Origin: Gammaproteobacteria bacterium
GTDB lineage: Bacteria > Pseudomonadota > Gammaproteobacteria > Steroidobacterales > UBA11654
Direction: 5' to 3'
Assembly: GCA_029244925.1 (NCBI GenBank)
Contig: JAQWQE010000051.1
Coordinates: 1-61,809 of the forward strand
Length of the DNA stretch: 61,809 nucleotides
Part shown: positions 30,297 to 39,950 of the stretch, piece after piece
Numbering within the stretch: the first letter of the stretch is position 1
Layout of the letters: each line of letters starts with the position of its first letter
Program-made: the position numbers and the translations under genes
Notes under the pieces: model-generated
The model's database searches: none
What the model was told of the DNA's origin: nothing
Seen by the model: the letters and a program-made list of their open reading frames with translations, nothing else

Positions 30297-31164
30297 TTCT
30301 CATTAGACCTTCTTGAGACATCGAGGCAATTAAGGTTCCATCTCTAGAAAATATCTGAGCTCTTGCAAAACCTCTGGCACCTATGGATCTAGGACTCTCA
30401 TAGGCAAATAACATCCATTGATCAACCAGTGAAGTCTTATGAAACCACATCGCATGATCCAAGCTCGCCATTTGGAATTTATTTTGCATTAAATTGGTTC
30501 CATGAGGAAGAATCGCTGTTGTCAATAAATCGTAATCAGAAACATAAGCGAGTAAAGCTTGATGCATGACAATGTCATTTGGTATATCGCCCTTTGCTCT
30601 TATCCAGCTATGTTTGATAGGTTCTGTAGTTTCATTTAATAGAAAATGAGGTGTCTCAACTGGCTTAACTTCAAAAGGCCTTTCACGAGTTAACATTCTT
30701 CTAATCCTTAAAGGAAGTTTTTCTACCCATTCAGGCTTAATGAGATTAATTAAGTCATCAAGTTCTTCGGGTGGAGCAACATCGGGCATATCAAATTGAT
30801 GCTCAAGACCTTCTTCTGGCACTTGAAAAGATGCGGTCATATTAAATATTTGTTCTCCATGTTGCACCGCGATCACCCTTCTATTGGAGAAGCTACCTCC
30901 ATCACGAGCTCGATCAACTTCGTAGACAATGGGTGCCTCAAAGTCTCCTCTTCTCAAAAAATAAGCATGCAAAGAATGAACGTTTCTTTCTTCCACAGTT
31001 CTGCTAGCTGCCATCAATGCTTGACCAAGCACTTGTCCTCCAAAAACCTGAGGACTACCAATGTCCTGGCTCTCGCCTCTAAAAATATTTTTCTCAATAT
31101 TTTCTAAATCAAGCAAACTCACCAATCGCTCAATCGATGTGTCTAGGGTATTATCTTGATTCAT
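30283..31164 (-). CDS. tesB: Acyl-CoA thioesterase II
   Basis: QVFGGQVLGQAL, HSLHAYFLR, RDGGSF, ASLDHAMWFH, QEGLMR; start 31164 coupled to the upstream stop (TAATG). Confidence 0.94.
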   Translation of the reverse strand: MNQDNTLDTSIERLVSLLDLENIEKNIFRGESQDIGSPQVFGGQVLGQALMAASRTVEERNVHSLHAYFLRRGDFEAPIVYEVDRARDGGSFSNRRVIAVQHGEQIFNMTASFQVPEEGLEHQFDMPDVAPPEELDDLINLIKPEWVEKLPLRIRRMLTRERPFEVKPVETPHFLLNETTEPIKHSWIRAKGDIPNDIVMHQALLAYVSDYDLLTTAILPHGTNLMQNKFQMASLDHAMWFHKTSLVDQWMLFAYESPRSIGARGFARAQIFSRDGTLIASMSQEGLMRIRRT

Positions 31165-31628
31165 TAGGATTTCAAATAATAAAAAGAAACTGTCTCTGCA
31201 ATGCAAGCAGGTTTAGTTTGACCTTCTATTTCAACAGTTGTTTGACCAATCACTTGAATAGCCTCTGATCTTTTTCTTGTCATCTTGATAGTAGCACGGG
31301 CTCTGATTTTGCTTTCCACTTGAACCATATTCATAAAACGGACCTTATTGACTCCATAATTTATAGCGTTTTTAAGATTGCTAAATGCAATAAAGTCTGC
31401 AGTCATTGCAGGAATCATTGCCAGTGTTAGATAGCCATGAGCTATAGTTTTACCATCAGGCATTTCTTGCTTGGCCCTTTCAACATCTGTATGAATCCAT
31501 TGATGATCATTAGTGGATTCAGCAAATTGATTGATTTGTTCTTGAGTTACCTGATACCACTTAGAAATACCAATTTCCTCACCCTCTAGTGCTTTCAAAT
31601 CTTCAAATTTTTCTATCGAATGAGTCAT
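31164..31628 (-). CDS. MaoC family dehydratase
   Basis: FAESTNDHQWIHTD, TIAHGYLTL, NYGVNKVRF. Confidence 0.9.
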   Translation of the reverse strand: MTHSIEKFEDLKALEGEEIGISKWYQVTQEQINQFAESTNDHQWIHTDVERAKQEMPDGKTIAHGYLTLAMIPAMTADFIAFSNLKNAINYGVNKVRFMNMVQVESKIRARATIKMTRKRSEAIQVIGQTTVEIEGQTKPACIAETVSFYYLKS

Positions 31629-31635
31629 ATATTGA

Positions 31636-32226
31636 TTAAGCTTTAACCGGTCCAATATTATTTAAAAACTCCATTCTGGTTGCTTCAACGCTTCTGAAGT
31701 TACCTAACATCATGCTGGTCACCATATCCACACCTTTCTTATTAACTCCTCGAGTAGTCATACAAGCATGTCGGGCAACAACCACAACACCAACTCCTTT
31801 AGGTTGCAAAGAATCATTAATGCATCTAGCTATCTGTGCTGTCATTTTTTCTTGCACTTGGAAACGTTTGGCATAGGCATCCACAACTCTGGCTAATTTA
31901 CTAATGCCAACAACTTTCTTATTAGGCAAATAGGCCACATAAGCTTTGCCTGTAATCATGGCAATATGATGCTCACAATGGGACGTAAACTCAATACCTC
32001 TCAAGGTGACCATTTCATCGTAATCCTCAACTTCTTCAAAAGTTCTTTGCATGAACTCATCAGGCTCTTCATTGTATCCACTAAACCAGTCTTTATAGGC
32101 TTTAGCTACTCTTTTAGGAGTATCAAGCAAGCCTTCACGGTTGGGGTCATCTCCTGCCCATTCAATTAATGTCTTAACAGCTGCCTCTGCATCTTCTTTT
32201 GAAGGACTGTTTTTAATTTCACTCAT
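31636..32226 (-). CDS. folE: GTP cyclohydrolase I
   Basis: [33 protein letters not shown]. Confidence 0.96.
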   Translation of the reverse strand: MSEIKNSPSKEDAEAAVKTLIEWAGDDPNREGLLDTPKRVAKAYKDWFSGYNEEPDEFMQRTFEEVEDYDEMVTLRGIEFTSHCEHHIAMITGKAYVAYLPNKKVVGISKLARVVDAYAKRFQVQEKMTAQIARCINDSLQPKGVGVVVVARHACMTTRGVNKKGVDMVTSMMLGNFRSVEATRMEFLNNIGPVKA

Positions 32227-32307
32227 TTTATTCCTCTAAAAATTTATAATTTATAGAATTATGGAAACCATCCTCTCATAGTCGAAGTACAATTTCACTC
32301 AAATCCT

Positions 32308-32862
32308 TTATGGATAGTTCGTATTAATTAGTGATTTTGGATTCTCAGGTTTTATCAAAAGAGTATCCATTAGCATCAGAGTATCTCTCGGACTATTGTT
32401 TTGAATCAATCTATTATCATTGGACACAGTTTTAAAAAATAATGGTTCATAGATGGAACAAAGAGGCTCAGGCAGTCCGTCTTTTGGACTGATAAACAGT
32501 GTTGCCACTTTTTCTTTATTTCTATTCTGAATTAACTGGTCAATGGTTTCTGTATCAAGATAAGGCATGTCACAAGCCACAATCAGCCAAGCAATATCTG
32601 GATAAGAATTAAAAGCAGATAAAATACCTGCCATTGGTCCCGAGTTTTGATTTTGATCAACGATCAATTTAAATTCAGCTCTTTTCGCCTCTTCTTTCTG
32701 ATCCGCCCTTACAGAGACAAACACTTCTTGCAATGAATGTTTCAATAAATCATAGATTTTTTCCAAAGCTGTTTGATTGCCATCAGATATGAGAGCCTTA
32801 TCTCTTCCCATTCTTTTGCTATATCCACCTGTTAGAATTAGTCCATGGATCTTTGTTTCCAT
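32308..32862 (-). CDS. mobA: Molybdenum cofactor guanylyltransferase-like
   Basis: GLILTGGYSKRMGRDKA, GPMAGI, ACDMP, PEPLCSIY; follows moaC. Confidence 0.85.
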   Translation of the reverse strand: METKIHGLILTGGYSKRMGRDKALISDGNQTALEKIYDLLKHSLQEVFVSVRADQKEEAKRAEFKLIVDQNQNSGPMAGILSAFNSYPDIAWLIVACDMPYLDTETIDQLIQNRNKEKVATLFISPKDGLPEPLCSIYEPLFFKTVSNDNRLIQNNSPRDTLMLMDTLLIKPENPKSLINTNYP

Positions 32863-32872
32863 AATGATCTGA

Positions 32873-33337
32873 TTAACCAATATCTCTTTTTCCACCAGAT
32901 TTCTGCTCCAAAGCTACATCTGTAATCACAATTTCATGAGAAAGTGATTTACACATATCATAAATTGTAAGAGCAGCCACACTAGCACCGGTCAAAGCTT
33001 CCATTTCAACTCCTGTTTTATGTTCTATGCTGACCTTACAATTGATTATCAAATCTCCAGCTTGATTAGTATTAATTTCAATCTTGCAAGAATCCAAACT
33101 CAAAGGATGGCAAAAAGGAATGAGTTCATGTGTTTTTTTTGCTGCCATCGTTCCTGCCACTATGGCTGTATCAATCACTGGGCCTTTCTTAGTAATCAGT
33201 TCGCCATCAGAAAATATTTCCTTTACTTCTTTTGGCAACTGAACTCTTGCTGATGCAGTTGCTATTCTCAGGGTCACTTTTTTATCTGATATATCGACCA
33301 TAGTAGGTCTATTCTTTTTATCCACATGGGTAATCAT
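32873..33337 (-). CDS. moaC: Cyclic pyranopterin monophosphate synthase
   Basis: MVDISDK, LIPFCHP, TGVEMEAL, IYDMCK, KSGGK. Confidence 0.96.
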   Translation of the reverse strand: MITHVDKKNRPTMVDISDKKVTLRIATASARVQLPKEVKEIFSDGELITKKGPVIDTAIVAGTMAAKKTHELIPFCHPLSLDSCKIEINTNQAGDLIINCKVSIEHKTGVEMEALTGASVAALTIYDMCKSLSHEIVITDVALEQKSGGKRDIG

Positions 33338-33485
33338 TTCATTAATCTCAACGGATTCATTTAAATAAATCTTATTATAGCAATAATGTCATAACTGAAA
33401 CCTTAATCATGAAGTTATTTATTATCTAGAACGAGTATTTACTATATTTAGTTTATAATGCTTACAGATAATCATTGGGAATTCC

Positions 33486-34895
33486 ATGGGATCAACTTTA
33501 TTTGAAAAGATTTGGGATCAACATTCGATCTGTGACTTGGGTGATGGCAACGAATTAATTTATATTGATAGAATATTTCTTCACGAACGTACAGGAAGTA
33601 TTGCTCTTAAAAGCTTAGAAGAAAGAAAGGTGCCTATAAGAAATCCTAATCAAGTTTTTGCAACCATAGACCATATTGTTGATACATTTCCAGGTAGAGG
33701 TGATAAGACACTTATGCCTAGTGGGTCAGATTTCATTAGATCTTTAAGAGCTTCAGTTAAAGGAACTAAAATCCATTTTTTTGATATTGATGACCCAAAT
33801 CAAGGAATAGTTCATGTTGTCTCACCAGAACAAGGAATTGCACTACCAGGCATCACCTATATCTGTCCTGACTCTCACACATGCAGTCTGGGAGCACTTG
33901 GAACACTTGCTTGGGGAGTTGGTTCTACAGAGTGTGAACATGCTTTAGCAACAAATACTCTGATAAAGAAAAAACCAAAACTTATGAAGATCATGGTTGA
34001 TGGAATTTTACCATTAGGGGTAACTTCGAAAGACATAATACTCCACTTAATCTCGCAACATGGTGCAGATGGGGCCAAAGACCATGCAATAGAATTTATG
34101 GGATCAGTAGTTGAAAATCTAGAGATTGAATCGAGACTAACACTTTGCAATATGGCAGTTGAATTTGGAGCAACTACTGGGATTATTGCTCCTGATAATA
34201 AAACAATTAGTTATCTTGAAGGAAAAGCATTCTCACCAGAAGAAGATTTTAATAAAGCTAAACATTATTGGTCTGAATTAAAGACCGATCAAGATGCAAT
34301 ATTTGACAAAACAATCACCATTGACTGCAGTAACATCACGCCCTATGTAACGTGGGGTACCAATCCACAACAAGCAATACCAATAAGTCATTCGATACCC
34401 TTTGTGGACCAAATTAAAAATAAGAATGAAAAAGAATCGATGATTAGGGCGCTAGAATATATGGGTTTGGAGCAAGGTCAGAGCATCAACAATCAGAAAA
34501 TTGATGCCGCATTTATTGGTTCGTGTACAAATAGTAGAATTAGTGACTTAAGATCTGCAGCTAAAATCTTAAAAGATAAAAAAATAGCAGATAATATAAG
34601 AGCAATATGCGTGCCAGGATCTTCACAAGTTAAAAAACAAGCTGAGGAAGAAGGACTCGATAGGATCTTTAAATCAGCAGGATTTGAATGGAGGGAATCT
34701 GGTTGTTCGATGTGTTTTTTTGCTGGCGGTGAAAGTTTTGGTGAAAATCAGCGGGTCATCTCAACCACAAATAGAAATTTTGAAAATAGACAAGGTAAAT
34801 CAACAAGGACTCATCTTGCTTCCCCCATGACAGTAGCAGCATCAGCTATTGCTGGAAAAATATCGGATGCAAAAAGCATTGGCATAGAACAATGA
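33486..34895 (+). CDS. LeuC-family [4Fe-4S] hydratase/isomerase large subunit, atypical
   Basis: TLFEKIW, DSHT, FIGSCTNSR, GCSMC, NRNFENRQG; several substrate-site motifs diverge from canonical LeuC. Confidence 0.88.
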   Translation: MGSTLFEKIWDQHSICDLGDGNELIYIDRIFLHERTGSIALKSLEERKVPIRNPNQVFATIDHIVDTFPGRGDKTLMPSGSDFIRSLRASVKGTKIHFFDIDDPNQGIVHVVSPEQGIALPGITYICPDSHTCSLGALGTLAWGVGSTECEHALATNTLIKKKPKLMKIMVDGILPLGVTSKDIILHLISQHGADGAKDHAIEFMGSVVENLEIESRLTLCNMAVEFGATTGIIAPDNKTISYLEGKAFSPEEDFNKAKHYWSELKTDQDAIFDKTITIDCSNITPYVTWGTNPQQAIPISHSIPFVDQIKNKNEKESMIRALEYMGLEQGQSINNQKIDAAFIGSCTNSRISDLRSAAKILKDKKIADNIRAICVPGSSQVKKQAEEEGLDRIFKSAGFEWRESGCSMCFFAGGESFGENQRVISTTNRNFENRQGKSTRTHLASPMTVAASAIAGKISDAKSIGIEQ

Positions 34896-35515
34896 AATCA
34901 TTTAAAACCTTCTCTGGAATTGCAGCACCCTTGATTAGAGTCAATATAGACACGGATGCTATCATCCCTAGTCGTGAAATAAAAACGGTCTCAAAGAAAG
35001 GACTGAGTGGAGGTCTGTTTGCTGAATGGCGATATCTTTCATTAGAATCTAGGAAAGAAAATCCTGATTTTATACTCAATCAAGATCCTTTCAAAAAAGC
35101 ATCCATTCTTGTCACAGGAAATAACTTTGGTTGTGGGTCATCTAGAGAACATGCGGTTTGGGCTCTTAGTGAATGGGGCATAAGAGCAATCATAGCTCCA
35201 AGCTATGGAAGCATTTTCTATAGCAATTGCATTAAGAATGGAATTCTCCCAATAGTAATGGATGGGAGGGTAATTTCTTCAATGTCTGAATTCATAAAAG
35301 ACAATCCAGAAGAAAATCGACTTACAGTTAATCTCATTAAGAATGAGGTTTCTTACTCAAATGAAGTCATTGAAACCTTTGTCATTCAAAAACAAGACAA
35401 AGAATTTCTAATAAATGGACTGGATCAAATTGAACAAACTCTCCAGAAAAATTCAATAATCAGTGAATTTGAAACATTGCATAAAAAAACCAACCCTTGG
35501 TTGAATGCCTCATAG
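34892..35515 (+). CDS. LeuD-family small subunit
   Basis: NIDTDAIIP, NFGCGSSREHAVWAL, IFYSNCIKNGILP; 4-nt overlap with the large subunit. Confidence 0.88.
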   Translation: MKSFKTFSGIAAPLIRVNIDTDAIIPSREIKTVSKKGLSGGLFAEWRYLSLESRKENPDFILNQDPFKKASILVTGNNFGCGSSREHAVWALSEWGIRAIIAPSYGSIFYSNCIKNGILPIVMDGRVISSMSEFIKDNPEENRLTVNLIKNEVSYSNEVIETFVIQKQDKEFLINGLDQIEQTLQKNSIISEFETLHKKTNPWLNAS

Positions 35516-35550
35516 AAATCTACTGTATAAAGAATAAAGCCTTACTTTCT

Positions 35551-37758
35551 TTAAATAATTGATTGATTGTTGTTTCTCCTGACACCGACTAAGGATGGTT
35601 TAGGTGGATCATTGGCTTTCTTTGAAGGCCAATTTGAACCTATGGGTACTCTTCTTATTTGTTTGAATTCTTTACCGTCAGTTGTCTTAATTAAAAACTC
35701 CCTTTCTTCATAGGCCATATTTTTTCTAGTTCCATTAAACAGCCCTGGATGTTGTGGTGTAAGAAACAATGTTTTATGATCTCCGCTAAATTCAAGTCCA
35801 CAAAGCTCTGATTCTGAAGGACCAATAGCAAAAGGAATGGACAGCCCTATAAATTTACCAGACCTTGGTATGAGCCAGGCACTATTGTTGCCATATATTC
35901 CCCGAAGATTACTATTGGAGATATTGCTTCTGTTTTCAACCGTTTGATTTAATTTGTCGCTACCAACGTCCGTAATCATCCATAAATTTCCTTTTCCATC
36001 AATTTCAAGGTTATCGGGGTTTGCCCAACCGGATTTATCATCGGATGGTTCTCCCCCCATCAATAAGGTTTCCCAAGTAAAAGTTAATGCTGATGGCGAA
36101 GCATTAGTGTCTCTAATTTTTACTATTTGTCCTGGTTGATATGGATCCAAATCTCCACTATTACCAAAGATCTCTTTATTTGGACTGTCGCTCGAACTTA
36201 CATCAATTGCAGTAAAAGCAAAATAAAGTTCGCCACTCACATTATCAAACTCGCAATCCTCTGGCCTTGGACAACTCGTTGCACCAATTGCATTGGCTGC
36301 AAAATGGGCATCAATTAGAATCGCTCCTTGAATTTGTTCTTCATTCTCTCCACTATAAAGATCACCAAGTGTTGGTCCTAAATCAACATAATCATTCTCT
36401 AGAGTCTTATTGTCTTCATATGTTTTAACTCCACCTAGTTTTCGATCTGGTTGTGGCATAGAAACAATGGAGCCAATAACCTCGGATGGCAAAACAGGAT
36501 TGATATTTGTTGATGATGAAAGTGGTATCCATTTACCAGTTCCATCTGAATTAAATTTTGCTGCATACAATATGCCAGCTTCTAAAAGTTTAGAATTTAA
36601 TTTAGATTTTGGATCAGGGGTACTCTCTTCACTGATGAACTTATAAATATGACCGCCTTTTCTATCACACCCTGAGTACACAGCTATTGGCATATCCTCC
36701 TTTGCATTTACTGCAAATGCTTCATGAAAATATCGACCCAACATAGTGTGCTTAGTGCCAAAATCTTCTTTATCATTTGGATCCACTTCAACAGCCCAGC
36801 CATACTTATTGCCTGCCAGACCTAATATATTTCCAAAACCATTACCCATACTGGGTACAAAAGGCACAGAATTGGGAGGAAATGATGTGCCATCGCTTCT
36901 AACAGGTTCGGGCGTATGGCTTGCATAGTATTCCTCAGCGCTTAAAACAGTACCCCAAGGTGTAGTGGTGCCCGAACAATTCCAGTAACTTCCAAGACAC
37001 TTGTCCCCTAATCCATCTTCAAAGCCTTGCTTATTTTTCTTAATAAAAACAGAACGAGCAGGTCCAGTTGACTTCGATCTTTTTTCAGGGTCATTGATTG
37101 CTCCAGCAATGGATATTCGCCTATCTTTATCAGAATAGGTTCTGATCCAATCACCATTTTTCTTCTTTTTGATTGAAATAACTGATATTCCCATATCTTC
37201 AACAGCTTCCATAATAATATCTTTTATTTTATCTTTATCTGGATTGCTATTATCGATAGCCGAAAAATCAGAAATATAACCACCTTTTATATTTTTCAAA
37301 ACTTCATCGGGTAATTCATATTTCATCACCTTTGGGAAAGTTTCCAGATACGTCTTGAAGTTATCAAAATCTACACACTCATGATTAATAACTAAATAAG
37401 CTTCATCTTTGCCAGTCTCAACCAATCCAATATGATCATTATTGAACCCGTAACGAGAATCTCCAACTGGGTCTCCCCAAGAAGCAATGACATTATAAGT
37501 GAACCCCTCAGGTAGAATGAGATCATCTTCAATCTCATAAAAGGCATAAGATTCTAATTGCTCTTTAGGCTCTAAGCCAAAAGTAATGTGTGGAATAGAT
37601 AACTTTAATGGTTTCCAAGAATATTTTTTAATTAAAGCAAGCAGTATTTCACTGGCTTTCTCATTCATAGAATGAGTAAAAGCTAAGCCTGATGATGCCA
37701 ATGCTATGCCACCACCAAAAAATTTTATAAATTTTCTCCGATCAAATAGTGAATTCAT
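35551..37758 (-). CDS. phoX: Tat-exported alkaline phosphatase PhoX
   Basis: DRRKFIK Tat motif; NNDH, NHE, NCSG, TPWGTVLSAEE, KYGW, GRYFHE, RPED, NPDN, QHPG. Confidence 0.9.
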   Translation of the reverse strand: MNSLFDRRKFIKFFGGGIALASSGLAFTHSMNEKASEILLALIKKYSWKPLKLSIPHITFGLEPKEQLESYAFYEIEDDLILPEGFTYNVIASWGDPVGDSRYGFNNDHIGLVETGKDEAYLVINHECVDFDNFKTYLETFPKVMKYELPDEVLKNIKGGYISDFSAIDNSNPDKDKIKDIIMEAVEDMGISVISIKKKKNGDWIRTYSDKDRRISIAGAINDPEKRSKSTGPARSVFIKKNKQGFEDGLGDKCLGSYWNCSGTTTPWGTVLSAEEYYASHTPEPVRSDGTSFPPNSVPFVPSMGNGFGNILGLAGNKYGWAVEVDPNDKEDFGTKHTMLGRYFHEAFAVNAKEDMPIAVYSGCDRKGGHIYKFISEESTPDPKSKLNSKLLEAGILYAAKFNSDGTGKWIPLSSSTNINPVLPSEVIGSIVSMPQPDRKLGGVKTYEDNKTLENDYVDLGPTLGDLYSGENEEQIQGAILIDAHFAANAIGATSCPRPEDCEFDNVSGELYFAFTAIDVSSSDSPNKEIFGNSGDLDPYQPGQIVKIRDTNASPSALTFTWETLLMGGEPSDDKSGWANPDNLEIDGKGNLWMITDVGSDKLNQTVENRSNISNSNLRGIYGNNSAWLIPRSGKFIGLSIPFAIGPSESELCGLEFSGDHKTLFLTPQHPGLFNGTRKNMAYEEREFLIKTTDGKEFKQIRRVPIGSNWPSKKANDPPKPSLVGVRRNNNQSII

Positions 37759-37900
37759 GAAGTAATAGTTTTTATTATTTTGAGATAATTATTTCGTTGA
37801 GTTATTTTTTTTGGTTTTAAGAAATGTATTAGAATTAATTATTATTCTTTTTCTTCAAGCCAGAGATAGAATATCATATTACAACAATAATTAAGGGTGC

Positions 37901-38851
37901 ATGATGTCACAGATAGATATATTAATAAGCGAAGTTGGACCAAGAGATGGGCTACAAAGTATAGAAAGCATTATGTCCACTCAAGATAAAAAGAATTGGA
38001 TCCAAGCGGAAGCAAAAGCAGGCGTTCGAGAAATTGAAGTTGGTTCTTTTGTACCAGCAAAATTATTGCCTCAAATGGCTGACACAGCAGATCTAGTTCG
38101 CTATGCAAAAACAATTCCTAATTTAACTGTAGCGGCATTGGTGCCTAATTTTATAGGCGCAAAAAATGCAATTGATGCTGGTGTTGATAAAATGTGCCTT
38201 CCTCTGTCAGTCAGTGAAACGCACAGTAAGGCAAATCTTAAAAAAAATCACAGCCAAGTTCTAGAAGAAGTGAAAATTATTAGTCAATACATAAAAACCT
38301 TAGATGAGAATGACAGACCTGAATTTGAGGGTAATCTTTCAACAGCTTTTGGATGCACCCTTGAAGGCAAGGTCTCGGAAAAAGCTGTGCTCAGTTTGGG
38401 TGTAAAAATGATGGAATTGGGATGCAATGAAGTGGGTCTATCGGACACAACTGGCTATGCTAATCCTGCACAAATCAAGAGGCTTATTCGATTGCTTAAA
38501 AAAGAAGTTGGCAATGAAAATCTTACAAGTGTTCACTTGCATAATACTCGAGGATTGGGACTAGCCAATGCTCTTGCTGCACTAGATGAAGGTATTACTA
38601 CATTGGATTCTTCTCTAGGAGGAATTGGAGGTTGTCCCTTTGCACCGGGTGCCAGTGGTAATATTGTTACAGAAGATTTAGTCTTCATGTTGGAGGCAAT
38701 GGGTATCAATACAGGTATAGATATTGAAGCCCTGCTTGCAGTAAATCAAATGGTAAAAAAAGCACTCCCAAATGAAGAATTATATGGATTCACCATTGAT
38801 TCAGGCCTGCCTAAAGGCTATGCAGACGGTGGATGGGGTTTAACTGACTGA
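37901..38851 (+). CDS. HMG-CoA lyase family (DRE-TIM metallolyase)
   Basis: EVGPRDGLQ, AFGC, LSDTTG, HLHNTRG, GGIGGCPFAPGASGN. Confidence 0.9.
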   Translation: MMSQIDILISEVGPRDGLQSIESIMSTQDKKNWIQAEAKAGVREIEVGSFVPAKLLPQMADTADLVRYAKTIPNLTVAALVPNFIGAKNAIDAGVDKMCLPLSVSETHSKANLKKNHSQVLEEVKIISQYIKTLDENDRPEFEGNLSTAFGCTLEGKVSEKAVLSLGVKMMELGCNEVGLSDTTGYANPAQIKRLIRLLKKEVGNENLTSVHLHNTRGLGLANALAALDEGITTLDSSLGGIGGCPFAPGASGNIVTEDLVFMLEAMGINTGIDIEALLAVNQMVKKALPNEELYGFTIDSGLPKGYADGGWGLTD

Positions 38852-38856
38852 ATAAA

Positions 38857-39906
38857 TTAAAATTTATACTTAAAGTCTAATAAAGCTTTCTGATAATCAA
38901 TTTCCATCTTCTTTTTATTATCAAACCAAGAAAAATCTAAAATTACTTTTTTTGATAAAGGGTAACTAATAATCATTTGATGCCCCTTATGACCAGCTCC
39001 ACCACCACCAAAAGTAGAATCCACTAAAGCGCCAAATACTGCATTCTTCTCAACGTCTTTGTATAAATAAGTTACTTTCCAAAGTTGATTAAAATTGAGC
39101 CTAATGCCAGCCTGAAATCCTCTCTCATGATCCTCAGCATCTTTGTTATTAACCATATCTATAAAAAATAAAGTAGGAATTGATCGGGTACCAATTGTTG
39201 CTTTTATTTCTGCGGAAATATTCGTGATGTTAAAATTGTTTAAATAATTACCATTAGCATCTATCGGATTTCCAAAAATCTTACCATTCCAAGTTATCTC
39301 TGAGGCAGGCCTACCTTTAATTTTATCGAATTTATATTGTGCGAGAGCTACCTTAAAAGAGGTTGTATTATTAAAAGAGTTAGACAATCCAATTTGAAAT
39401 CCATCAATGGATACTGATTCAGATGATTTCTTGTCATAAGAGAAAACGCCTAATGTTGAAAAGTACATACCTTTTTTAAATTGATAAACCATACCTTCAG
39501 GATTAAAGTCTCCATCGAAGATAACCTGACTTTTATTCGATCTAAAAAATGGATTTGATTGCTTCCCGATAACCAATTTTGAATTTTGATCAATAGCATA
39601 ATCAATATAGAATTGATCCATGCCAATATCACTCAAAGAAAAATCATGGCCAAGTGTTTGATTCGCGGATGTTGAATTCTCTTCAGCGGTAGCAAGCCTA
39701 ATTTTTATTTCCAGTTTCTCAGTTGGTTTATACTCCGCACCGAGCCTGACTCTAATCCTATTTTGCCTTCGTTTAGTGCCTTTACTCTCATCATCTGTAT
39801 ATTCATAACGATAACGAAAATCATAATTTACCTTAACTGTGTTTTGCTCTGCAGAAACATTGAAGAAGATGAGAGTTGTGATTGCAGCAACTAAGAGTTG
39901 TTTCAT
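38857..39906 (-). CDS. Putative outer-membrane porin (Porin_5-like)
   Basis: Signal peptide, DFRYRYE..RIRVRLG..IRLAT..SANQTL, FDGDFNPEG, C-terminal YKF beta signal. Confidence 0.8.
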   Translation of the reverse strand: MKQLLVAAITTLIFFNVSAEQNTVKVNYDFRYRYEYTDDESKGTKRRQNRIRVRLGAEYKPTEKLEIKIRLATAEENSTSANQTLGHDFSLSDIGMDQFYIDYAIDQNSKLVIGKQSNPFFRSNKSQVIFDGDFNPEGMVYQFKKGMYFSTLGVFSYDKKSSESVSIDGFQIGLSNSFNNTTSFKVALAQYKFDKIKGRPASEITWNGKIFGNPIDANGNYLNNFNITNISAEIKATIGTRSIPTLFFIDMVNNKDAEDHERGFQAGIRLNFNQLWKVTYLYKDVEKNAVFGALVDSTFGGGGAGHKGHQMIISYPLSKKVILDFSWFDNKKKMEIDYQKALLDFKYKF

Positions 39907-39950
39907 ATATCTACCTACAAGATATTTTCCAAATAATTGTTTACTTTACC

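Noticed and set aside
32227-32307. Possible folate or preQ1 riboswitch upstream of folE
   Set aside because: Only a 4-bp stem and no recognisable aptamer consensus.
37759-37900. Pho box or IS ends upstream of phoX
   Set aside because: Very AT-rich, but no convincing 11-bp-period repeat, terminal inverted repeat or target duplication seen.
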